A stretch of DNA of 64,000 nucleotides from Vicugna vicugna (taxonomy: Eukaryota), in contig MU058714.1 in NCBI GenBank assembly GCA_013265495.1, forward strand, positions 682,001 to 746,000. Reading direction: 5' to 3'. The position numbers and the translations under genes were made by a program. Positions 47,801 to 59,800 of this stretch are shown piece after piece (position 1 is the stretch's first letter; every line of letters begins with the position of its first letter). The notes beneath the pieces were generated by a model. It was not told the DNA's origin. It was given only the letters and a program-made list of their open reading frames with translations, and did not search any database.

Positions 47801-50800
47801 TTTGCAGGTTCTTTCCAGAACCGTATAATGATAGCAGGGCTATTCTGGATGAGATAACGCAAACCCAGGATCTCTTTCTGAATGGCGTACCCCTGAGGAA
47901 GACCATCGCCAAGAACATGGCTTTGAAGGAGAATGTCTTCATGATGGTGATCTGCATCGAGCTCAAGATTCCTCTCTTCCTGGTTGGCAAGCCTGGCAGC
48001 TCCAAATCTCTTGCCAAGACCATCGTGGCAGACGCCATGCAAGGCCAGGCCGCGCACTCGGACCTCTTCCGGAGCCTGAAGCAGGTCCACCTGGTGTCAT
48101 TCCAGTGCAGCCCGCATTCCACCCCACAGGGCATCATAGGCACCTTCAAACAATGCGCCCGCTTCCAGCAAGGGAAGGACCTGGAGCAGTACGTCTCCGT
48201 GGTGGTGTTGGATGAAGTCGGGCTGGCAGAAGACTCGCCCAAAATGCCCCTGAAGACTCTGCACCCGCTGCTGGAAGACGGGTGCATTGAAGACGACCCT
48301 GCCCCCTACAAGAAAGTGGGCTTTGTCGGCATTTCCAACTGGGCCCTGGACCCCGCCAAGATGAACCGGGGTATCTTCGTGTCTCGCGGCAGCCCCAGTG
48401 AGAGGGAGCTCATCGAGAGTGCCAGGGGGATTTGCTCTTCAGAGCCCCTCGTGCAAAAAAGAATCCAAGAATACTTTGCAGCCTTTGCCAAAGCCTACGA
48501 AACGGTGTGTAAGAGCCAGGACAGGGAGTTCTTCGGGCTCCGGGACTACTACAGCCTCATCAAGATGATCTTTGCCGCAGCGAGAGCCTCCAGCACGGAG
48601 CCGTCCACTCAAGGCATCGCACAAGCTGTCCTGCGGAACTTCAGCGGCAAGGACGACATCCACGCGCTGGACATCTTCGCAGCCCACTTGCCCGAGGCCA
48701 GGTGCGTGGAAGAGGTCAGCACCATGCAGCTCATCGGGCAGAACCTGCACAGCGATCGTCGGACGGTGCCCGGCAGAGAGCTGGACGACTCCGAGTCCCG
48801 CTATCTGCTCGTGCTGACCAGGAACTACGTGGCCCTGCAGATCCTGCAGCAGACGTTCTTCAGTGAGGACCAGCCAGAGATCATCTTCGGATCCAGTTTT
48901 CCCAGGGACCAGGAGTACGCCCAGATCTGCAGAAACATCAACCGGGTGAAAGTCTGCATGGAAACTGGCAAGATGGTGGTCCTGCTCAACCTGCAGAACC
49001 TGTACGAGAGCCTCTATGACGCCCTCAACCAGTACTACGTCTACCTCGGCGGCCAGAAGTACGTGGACCTCGGCCTGGGGACCCATCGGGTCAAATGTCG
49101 GGTTCACCCGGACTTCCGCTTGATCGTCATCGAAGAGAAAGACGTGGTCTACAAGCGTTTTCCCATCCCCCTCATTAACCGGCTGGAGAAGCACTACCTG
49201 GATATCAACACAGTGCTACATAAATGGCAGAAGAGCATTGTGGAAGAGCTCAGGATCTGGGTGGAGAAGTTCATAGATGTGAAAGAAGAAGGGAGCTCAC
49301 TTGGACACAGATACAGCCCTGCTGATGTCTTCATTGGCTTCCACTCGGACACGTGTGCCTCTGTGGTGCTCCAGGTCGTAGAGCAGCTGGGGTGCAAGGG
49401 CTTGACTGGCGAGCTGTACCAGGAGGTATACGAGCAGGCCAAACTGGTGCTGCTGGATTGCGCCACGCCTGATGCTGTGGTTCGGCTGAACGCTTCCTCA
49501 CTGGGCCGTTTCACCGCAACGTCCCTTTCTGAGGAGTACTATTACAGGCAGCAGCATAACTCCTTTGCAGATTTCCTCCAGGCTCACCTTCGCAGGGTGG
49601 TTCCGGAGCGCCATACCGCCTTCACAGAGGTGACTGTCTTCCTTATTTCACCCTGACCCTCTCTCACCTGGGGTCCTTGAATCCCTAGCATCCAGAATCC
49701 GAAAGTCTTTGCAAGTCAGTGTATAGGAGCCATACATGGGTGTGTTGAGACTTCTGATTCCTCTCTGTGGTAAATGCAAGGGGACCTGCGTGCTTACATG
49801 AGCACCACATTCGAGTGCTGCACCGCGGACGCTGGGGATGTAGAGGTGGGTTGGCACAGGTCTTGACCTTGGTCAGCATGCAGTGTAAGGTATGGTGAAC
49901 AGATGCCGCCGATGAACGATAGTGCTGTCCACGGAGGCAAAGAGGAGTAACCAGGTCAGGATGGGAGGTCAGATGCACCCTTTTTTAAGAGACGACCCTC
50001 AGGCTGATCGTGAAGTATGGTTGGGAAAGCTTTATAGGCAGAGCGCCCTACCTAAGCAAGGGTGTCAAGGTGTGAAACAGCAGTCTGTGCAGGAAGCCGG
50101 GACAGGTGGAACTCACATTGCAAGGCTGTGAGTGCTGGCAGAGGGGGGTGGGCTGCAGCCCGAGAGACCTCATGGAAGGCCTTGTCAGTGGCACCACGGG
50201 ACTTTGTGTTTCCTGTATAGAAGGGACTGATGGAGGAATGTGTGTGGAGATGGGTCCCACTGCCTGGGAGATGGAGGGGGGAAGTCTGATAAAAGACTCT
50301 AGAAAAGATAGACCAGTTGGGAGGCTGCTGTACCAGTTCGATCAAAGTAGAGGATGGATGGGTGGAACTGAGACACAGTGAAGGACTCTGCAAATTGGCA
50401 GAGGCCATGACTGGTTCCATCCAGGGGCTCCGGAAGATGGAGGAGCCTGGAGAGGATTCCCTGGATTCTTCCCTGGACGACCAGAGGTTTGGTTAATCAC
50501 AGTCTAGGAACGAGCATCCAGTTTTGGGGAGGCAGGGGCACATTCCATTTGGAATGGGCTTTGACGTTCCTGTGACATACAGGGAGGCTGTCACGCAGTT
50601 GGATGTGGGAATAGGAAGCTGAGGGGTGAGGCCAGCTGGAGACAAGGATTCAGGACCTAGATGCTTTCAAGGAGTGTACTGGTTGCACTGTACAGTGTGA
50701 TCCAGTGATGGAGGAGATCCGCTACGGCTGTGGGAAGCAAGGCCCACCAGCCAGTTCCACCTGAAAGTAAGATTGCAAAGGAGAAATGGCGTTCGTGCTG

Positions 50801-53800
50801 AGCCCTACGTGGTCATCAGAACTGTCAGCGGAGACCAAAGCAGGAAAAGGCGGCAGAGTCTAGGAAGGAGACTTGAAGGCAGGACAGGGTGCATCTTCTC
50901 CCCAAGCCTTTGATCCCGGATTTGCCTCAGCACTGCCTCTTCCGGGAAGACTCCTCTGGGTCTGGATTCTTATCTGTCTGTGTCCCGCCTGCACAGTGGG
51001 GACCCCGTAGAAGTTAGCTGTGGAACATCCTCATGTTTCTAGGATCTAAACCTAGCAGATGTGCAACCTTTGCTTGCCTTCCAGCGAATGATTTGCATTC
51101 CCTGCCTCTGCAGGTCACCACGTTCTCCAGGCTGCTGACCAGTCATGACTGTGAGCTTTTAGAGTCAGAGGTAGAGGACAGGGCTCCAAAACTCACGATC
51201 CTGTCACTGCAGCAGTTTGACACCGAGTACTCATTCCTCAAGGAAGTCCGGTGAGGGCCCCGCCTTCCGCGCCTGCCCCTTCTCCCCAGGCCGACCGCTT
51301 GGCGATTCATAGGAGTGGCAGCCCCTGGTGTTCTCATCAGCATTAGTGGGCGCTGAAGACACGTGACTCTGGAAGGGCTGCTCTTAAGTTCTCCAGGTGT
51401 CCCTCGCCTCTCTGTTGCCCTCCGCAGGAGCACTCCTCTCTGAGCCCAGCCTCCTCCTGTCTTAGTGGGGCATTGTTCTTTCTCCACTGGGCTGTCTGCA
51501 CCCTTTACAGAGGAAGATCCCCCCTGAAGAGTTTTTTCTCTGTATCCCTTACATTTCCCATCACGTTGGGGGTATTATGACCATTTTTAGGACAGAAAAC
51601 TCACTTGGATAATTCCCTTTCTGTTTCAGCAACTGTTTAACCCACACAGCCAGATGTAAAATCCTCATTATTCAAACAGATTTTGAAGATGGAATTCACA
51701 GCGCTCAGCTCATCGCCTCAGCTAAGTACGTTTTTGTCATGTTTCTCAGCAACTACGTGGAAAACCCCAAATTTATTCGGGAGCTCTTAAAGAATTTCTT
51801 CCCTGAAAACTGTATTGTATCAGAATAAACATAGAAATAAAAAAAATGATTCTCCCTTTTTTTATAGAAAAACGGAAAGAGAAAAGGTTCGTAACAACAC
51901 AAAAATGGTCAAATGAAAGCAGTGTAAAGAGTATTGGCAGGATTTAGAAGGGTGTCCTTGGAGCAAACGTTTGAGACGCGATTTGGTCATTATTCATTTT
52001 AAATTGCATGATACGAATTTATTGCAAGTTCAAGGTCAATAACGCAGTATTAAATGCTTTCATTTGTCTTTGTTGGACGTCTTTATAGTGTGCGTAAGGG
52101 AAAGCTGATCCTTTTAGCATTAACTATGTTCCCTTGTTACTTAATGTGAAGGTAAAAGTGATCTCTGGACCTTCTGAAGCATTGGAAGCATATGTTGTAC
52201 CACGGCTGTCTTTGGCCATTGGCTGTCTGTTTGCAGAGCTCTGTTTCTTGACCTGGAAGGCCCCGCTAGCCTGACCCACCGAAGCATCAGAGCAAGCCCA
52301 TCAAGGATTGCAAGAGAGGGTTCCTTACCAATGAAAATGCCATTTCAAAGCAGAGTGACACAGGAATGGGGGAAAGAAATGAGCCTGCTTAGAGCGGACT
52401 TGCCCCCCTTCCCCGTAAGACCTCTCTGTGAGATGACAAGACAAATAGTGGAAACTATTTAAAGCTAAAAAAAAAACGTGAGGTTGAACGTGACAGCTCC
52501 GAGGACACCCTTTGGCCACTTACAGCTTCTCGGTTTCGGTTCTGATTTGTCATGTCTTTGCTGGCTTGTTTTTAAAATAGGTATTCTGCTATCAATGAGA
52601 TCAACAAGATGCAAGGAAGCCAGGGCCGCATCTTAGTCTATTTCATCACAAAACTGTCCCGGATGGGAAGTGGAACGCCCTATGTGGGATCCCATGGAGG
52701 TAGGACTGAAATACTCTTGAATCTGTTTGTGTAGATAGTGTTCGAGTTGCTTCTAGTTGGTCCTATGCTGTGCCAAGTCTGACGTCAGAATGTTCATGTT
52801 AATCTCAACAATATTTGTCTCAGATGCGATTAGACGTCTTACCACTGATCAACGTGAAAAAACACTTGTCTTTGAATTGGCTGCTCCAGCGTGTAGCACC
52901 TCCTTCCCTTACTTGTAGGTAAACGTCGGTTAAGCTCTCAGGTTCCTCCCCTTTTACTGAACGGACAGTACAGAGAGCTGTTCCCGGCTAACACTGTTAC
53001 GACTGCGCTGGCGCGTCGTGCCTGCTGCCGGGGTGGGAAGTGCCGTCTTAAGTCTCTCTTTTTCCCTGAGAAACGAGCCGCCAAGTGTTTACGGCGCTTC
53101 GTCTTACTGCACTGGCTTTATTACTCTTCGCAGGGGCTGCGCTTTTTACAGATCAGAGGTTTGTGTCCAGTCTGTTGGTGCTGTTTTTCCAACAGCATTT
53201 GCTTAGCTTGTGTCTCTGTGTCACATTCTGGTAATTCTTGCCATGTTTCAAACTTTTCCATTAGTATCATGTGTTATGGTGACCTGTGATCAGTATCTTT
53301 TAAAAAGAATTTTTTGTGGGGGTGGTAGTTCAGTTTGTTTGTTTATATTAACGGAGGTGCTGGGGATTGGGCCCCCGTCCTCCTGCGTGCTAAGCATGTG
53401 CTCCACCACTGAGCTCTACCCACCCACCTGATCAGTGACCTTTGATATCACCACGACAACTCTCTGAAGTTTCAGATGACGGTTAGCAGTTTCAGCAAAG
53501 AAGTATTTAGTTAAGGAGCATACATTGTTTTTAATATAATACAATATAGTGTACACGTAACGTTCATAGGCACTGGGAAACCAAAAACTTGATTTATGTG
53601 ATACTTGCTTTGTTATGATGATCTGGACCCAGTCCCAGCGTGTCCCCAAGGTCTCTCCTGTGTAAGAAAACTGGTATTCTAGAAATGGACCAATAATGCT
53701 TTACTTCAGTAGCTTCATGGACAGTGGGAGACAAAGCATGCCAGCGACCCACACCCCTCTACTTATCATGGTGCAGCCAGTGTAATAACAAATGCATTTA

Positions 53801-56800
53801 AAAACCACAAGCCTGCTTTAGATACTTTTTTTCAAGTCAGTCATTTCAGTGCTTAAAGCTGCCTTCTGTTCTAACCTTGTGGCACCTACAGCGTGACATC
53901 TGTAGGGTTTCTGTGTGTGTTCAGTTAGGATGCGAATCATTCGTTCAGCAGCGTGCTGAAACGTCGGGATGGTGGTGTGTCCCCGCTTATGACTGACGGT
54001 AAGAAACCCGTGGAGACACAGAAGATTCTGGGGTTTGTTCCCACAGGGCTGTGGCAGTCTGTGCACATCGACGACCTGCGGAGATCCACGGGCATGGTTT
54101 CAGACGTGACTAAGCTGCAGAGCGTGACCATCAGCCAGCTGTTTAACCCTGAAGCTCAGGCTGAGTGTTAGTCCGGAGGGAAGGTCCTCAGGGGAGCAGG
54201 GCGGTGGGGGCGGCAGCCGGGAGGTGCTCCCTGGGCTGCGAGGACGGGCCGTCAGGCTCCCACCCCCTTGAGTCCGGCACCGGCCCCTCGGCAAGACCTT
54301 GGGATACGTTTGCTGAGCTGAGCGCTGATGAGTCCAGGGCACCGTCTGCTGCTTTCCAAGGCCAAGAGAAGGCCGTACTTCCCAGGAAAAAGTGGGTCTT
54401 TGTGGATGCCTGGGAAACACACCAGATGCTCTTTGCCCTGGTTCCTGTGTCACCAGTCCAAGCCCAGGACGGAGGGACGGGTTGCCAAGGGGGGCCACAT
54501 CAAGTGGGCGAACGGAGGCTGATCTGCTCTGCATGACTGACAGCCTCTCCTTTGGAGGCCCACGCCTGGAGCTGGTGCCCGGGTCAGCCTGGTGGTTAGA
54601 GCCCCAGCATGCAGTGTAGACGAGTTGCCAGTGCTCCCCTTCCGCCTCTGAACAGTAACGCGATTGTTCTGCTTCTCTGCAGTGAAGGTGGGACAAAGGG
54701 CCCAAGTCGACCATGAGGAGGAGATGGAAACAGAGCTGGTCAGATCAGGGGAGATGGCAGAGCTGGAAATGGGAACGGAAAGTCCTGGGGTGACCTCTGA
54801 GCCAGGGGGATGTGATGTGAGTTCGCGCTCTTTCCAGTCCTCTGGGCCTCCGTGCTGCTGGGCTGCCCTTCCTTAGACTTGCCCACTGTGGGTCCGAGGA
54901 GGGGCTCAGCCCAGTGCTCCTTCCCTGTACCCCTGCACTCCCCTGTCGATGAGGGTGAAGCACTAGCGCAAGGTCTGACATTGCCTCTCCCTGGCATCCC
55001 CTGGTCAGTTTTGCTCTGCTCCTTGACCACTGGCTGGGTTGAGGGACACAGGACCCTCTCGCAGTGGTTCTAAGGGGAACTTGGTGAGGGCATATGGGGG
55101 CAGCGGGCCTGCGGCGGGAGCTTTGGGCGGGAGGAGCACGTTGGCGCCTTGACCTGGTCTCCCAGGCGTCACCTGGCTCCACCTGCCGTGCAAGTGGCAG
55201 GAATGGAAGGCTCGTCTCTGTCGACAGACGCAGATCCTGGACACCACCAGGCTGCTGAGAAGCTGCATCCAGGGCGCGGTGGGCATGCTCAGAGATCACA
55301 GAGAGGGCTGCCAGCGCAGCATGCGGAGGGTGTCCATTCTCCTCAGCCTCCTAAACGAGGACGATGAATACAGAGGTAGGGCCCCTCTTGCCCGCACCCC
55401 GGCCTAGGCTTCCCCTTGAGGCGGGGGACCCCTTCCCCGGCAGCTCTCCGTGGCTCCCACAAGCAGCTGGCCCCGCGGGAATCTCAGTGCACCCCCAGAA
55501 TTTCTGCAGACCTGGCCTGACCAGAGGAGAGGGCTCCCTTCCTGCAGGGGCGGGTCAGCGTCCACCGCTCACTGCGGGGATGTGCTGAAGGCCCGTCTCC
55601 TCTGCTTCTCCGCAGCCACTTTCTTACGGGTCACCAAGATGCGCATCTGCGTCCTTTTGAAGAAGCAGGAGGAGAACTGCGTCTTCTTGAACACGAGGGA
55701 CTGGGTGGTGAGGGCGGCCTCCAGCCAGGACGCCCTCCAGGAGGCCGGCACGTTCAGGTACCGCGTGAAGGGAACCAGGACGGGCTGCAGAGGGGCTGCC
55801 TGGCTCCTCCAGCCGAGCAGAGGGCCCCAACATGCTTCTTTCCCAGCCTCTGAGAAACTCAGAGTGGTCGGGTTCCCCACTGCCCCCCAAGAGCACAGGG
55901 CGGTCTGGGTGGCAGCTATTTTGGGTTCGCTGGACTCTTTCTCTCCTTTCGTGTGTCTTTAAATGTTTTCATAACAAAACCCAGGACAAAACAAAACCAA
56001 AAAATCCCCAGAACGCCTGCTCTTGTAGGATGTAAATGTTTACCAGCATGCCCGTTGCTATAGAAACGGATGCCGTTTTGGGTTATTAAATTAAGAAGGC
56101 GGTGAGCAGGGGAGGGAAGAGAAGTCATTTCCCCAGACCTCCTGCATGAACTTACTGGATATTTGCAAAAATTAAGACCCAGTGTATTCGTCTCTTGGTC
56201 GGGGCCGTTTTTCTACAACACTTGACGCTGTTCTCAAGACCAGCCCGTGACGGCCTGTGTGGCTGAGGGAGGGGACCGCTCAGGGTCCCGGATGGAAGGT
56301 TTCGCCCACCCCCGCCGGCAGGTCGTCTCAGACCTGTGGCTTCACCACTCTGACCCTCGGTTTCCTCATCGCTGAAAGTTGACGTCATCCAGAGGCTTGG
56401 GGTCCGCTCAGTCACGTCACCTTCGTGCCGTCGGCAGGAGGATACGTGGGAGCATCCAGGGTTAAGCGGACCCTGTGAGCTTCAGGACGCTGCTTCCGTG
56501 GCCGTCGGGCCCTCCTGCTTTTCTCTTCCCACCCTCCGCTTCTTTCCTCGCTGTGCTTTCCGGAGGAGTTCTACCAGTTCAGATACGGACCCAGGATTAC
56601 ACTCACAGCCCTTGGTTCCTCTGAATGGATTTTACTAAAGGCTTGATTTTACATAAATGCTTCTCTTTTGTAAAGTTGAAAAAATTTTATTTTGTTTAGG
56701 GGAGAGGGAATTAGATTTATTTGTGTGTTTGCTTTTTCCGGAGGCCCTGGGGATCGAACCCAGGACCTCACACATGCTAAGCACACTCTGTCACTGAGCT

Positions 56801-59800
56801 ACGCCCTCCTCCCGTAACTGTGCCTTAAAATCCGTACTGTCAGCCTCCGCTGGACTCCACCCCTTCGCTCACTGAACTTCCCACGGGGCCAGTGTTCAGC
56901 AGCCCCGCTTCTTCCTGCTCCGCCGTCTGCTCTGGCGTCGGGACTGGCCTGGCCGCACTCGGGGTCCCGGGGGGGTCTGACCGGCATCGGGGCCCAGGCA
57001 GAGCTCTGGGGCCTCCCACGACATTCTCACCATCCATGTGTTTTGACTTCGGTCATTCGCCCTCTTGAGATTAAATAATCCAAATTGTGGCAGATTTTAC
57101 ACAGTCAGCCCTCTGTACCCACGGGCTCCAAATCGGAGGATTCAGCCAGCTGCGTCTCGAAAATATTCAGGGGAGAAAAGAATCGAGAAAGTTACAGAAA
57201 GCAAAACTGGAGTTTGCCATAGGCTGGCAACTATCTGTGTAGCATTTATACTGTATTTACATAGCACTGACCTTGCCTTAGGTGTCGTAAGTGATCTAGA
57301 GATGATTCAAAGTGTACGGGAGAGTGTGTGCTTAGCAGGCACGAGGTCCTGGGTTCAATCCCCAGTACCTCCATTTTTATAAATAAATACATAAGTAAAT
57401 AAATTCTTAGTGCTCCCCAAACCAAAATGTAAAAAAACAAAGCGAACAGGAGGGTGTAAGTTGGTCCATGCACGTGCTGCGCCATTTCTCATAAGGGATT
57501 TGGGCGCCTTCCACTTGCAGGCGCTCACGCGGGTCCTGGGCCAGGCTCCGGGGCTCCCGAGGGCGGCTGTGCTGAGGCTTCCTGGCACCGAGTCACAGGT
57601 GCCGCTGCCCCCGCCTCTCCCGCGGACCGCTTTGCCCTTCGCTCTCCGCGTCTGCCACACGTTTTCCAGTTCTGTGTTTTTAAAAGGGAAGTACTTCTTT
57701 TCAAAACAGAGCCTGTGTTTTCCTCCCCAGTATGAATCACCCAGCAGCAGATTTCTTCAGGCTTACCATGAGGACTTTGAAATGACTTACCAAGTTTGTT
57801 ATTATGATAAACATAACAACACAGTGCGGTGCACTTAATACAAGCAGCCAGACGTACGCATCTGTACGTAGATATTCAGACCTAGCGCACTAAACTACCG
57901 CCAACAAAAACTCAGTTCTAGGTACGGTCGTGCGTTCTTCCTTACCATGACCTGGAATACACTTACTTTGGGCTGTTCTTTGTCACATTCTACCAACAGC
58001 TGATTTTTTTCCCTTAAGATGACACTTTTTTTTCCAAATGAATTTGGTCATTCTTTATCGGTAGAGCCTGGGTGGCCTGTTCTGGCCAACAGCTATGTGA
58101 CAAAGTACAGCGAACACGGCTTGGCCTTTCCATCGACCTAATTGCAGTCCATTAGATGTATAGTTCAGGACCATTCCGGTCCCGCCTCTAATCTGAGAAA
58201 GTTCCACGCGTGAGGCTCTCTTCTAAACCTGTGTTTTCATAGCTATAGCGCGGGCTTGGCAGAGCAGGTGTTTCATTACCCCCGAGAAGGCATGAGTGTG
58301 AGGGGGTGCAGGAAGCCCGCTGTGCTCTGGGGCCCTGTCGTCTGAGCGGGGCTGCCTCTCCCCCGCTGCAGGCAGACCCTCTGGAAGCGGGTGCAGGGCG
58401 CCGTGAGCCCCCTCCTGGCCAGCGTGATATCTTTCGTGGACAGAGACGGCAACCTGGAGCTGCTGGCCAGCCCCGACTCTCCGTCCTGGGCGAGAGGCCT
58501 TTGGATGTTTATTTTCAGTGACGTCAACCTCCTGAACATTCCTCTTGTGACCACCAAGACGAGGTGAATGGAAGACTTTCTTTTTGTGGGAAGGGGGGAA
58601 AAAACCCTAACAGAGCCGCGATCTTAATAGGCTCTCCCAGGCATCTGATGGAAAGTGAGGATGGATTTTAGAACAGCATGCGAGTTGACTCTCTCTGCAG
58701 CTTGGAGGGGCATGGCATTCCAGTAACGGATGAGCGTTTCCTCGAGTTCTGAGAAGTCTTTGTTCCCTTCTTGCCTGTCCTCGGTTCCCTGTGCTCAGAG
58801 CACCCGTTGCAGTTAAACTGGCTGGCTCCCACCCTGTCCACACCCAGGAGAGCTGGTTCTGTTGAGGCTCCCGCTCCTCCCGCCGTGGCGGCACCCGCAC
58901 AGCCTACCCCTGCACCTGGTGCTGTGCCTCTCGAGCTCAGCGGCCCTCCCAGACGCTTCCTGTTTGGACCTCAGGGGGCTTTCGTGCTGGGGTGGAGGTT
59001 AATGTAGAACGTGCCGCCAGTGGAATTCTCACCCTCTCGTGGAAACACTGATTTAGGAGACAACAGCCTGTTGGTCATGAGAGAAGGAATCGCTGCTGAC
59101 GAGGCGTGTTCTCTCTGCACAGGGAAAGGGCAAAGGTGGTGCAGGCCCCACCTGACTGCTTCTGCCCAAGACTTGAGGTGACCTGCTTGACCCCTTTCCA
59201 CCGTGGTTTTTGTTTCGTCTGTAAAACCAAGAGATGGCATCATGTTGTCCTTGAGTTCCTTTATGACAGAGAAGCCCTGCAGCCCGCTGAGCACCCCAGT
59301 TCTTGAGGATGGAGAGGGCTTGGCATCAGGGTGGATGTGGTCTGTCTCGAGCGCCGTCTCACTAGCCGTATTCTTGGTCCTCCTCTGGCTGATGACAGAG
59401 CTCAGGGTGAGATGTCGTACATCATGGTGCAGAACTACATGGACCTTTCGGAGAACTCGTCCAACGCTGTCCCGTTTAGCTGGAGAATCAAGGACTACCT
59501 GGAGGAGCTGTGGGTCCACACTCAGTACACGACAGGAGAAGAAGGTGAGCCCAGTGGTGTGGTGGGAGGGGACCCTGCTCCCTGGCACGAGTTGTCATCC
59601 CTGTTCTGAGGCCCCTGGACAACTAGGGCACCAGGACTTGGGGTGTCCCCAGCTGAGTGCTTGTCAGCAACCGCCAGCAGCTAGAGTAGAGGTCTTCGTC
59701 CAGACGGAGCCTCGGCGTCCTCCTGAGTCTCACGGCACCTTGCTCTGCTGTCAGGTGCCAAGTAGTCTGGCCACAGGCATTCCAGGAAAACCAGCGATCA

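Noticed and set aside
46318..49514. Several 100-266 aa antisense ORFs over the giant exon
   Set aside because: Shadow frames produced by GC3-rich codon usage on the sense strand.
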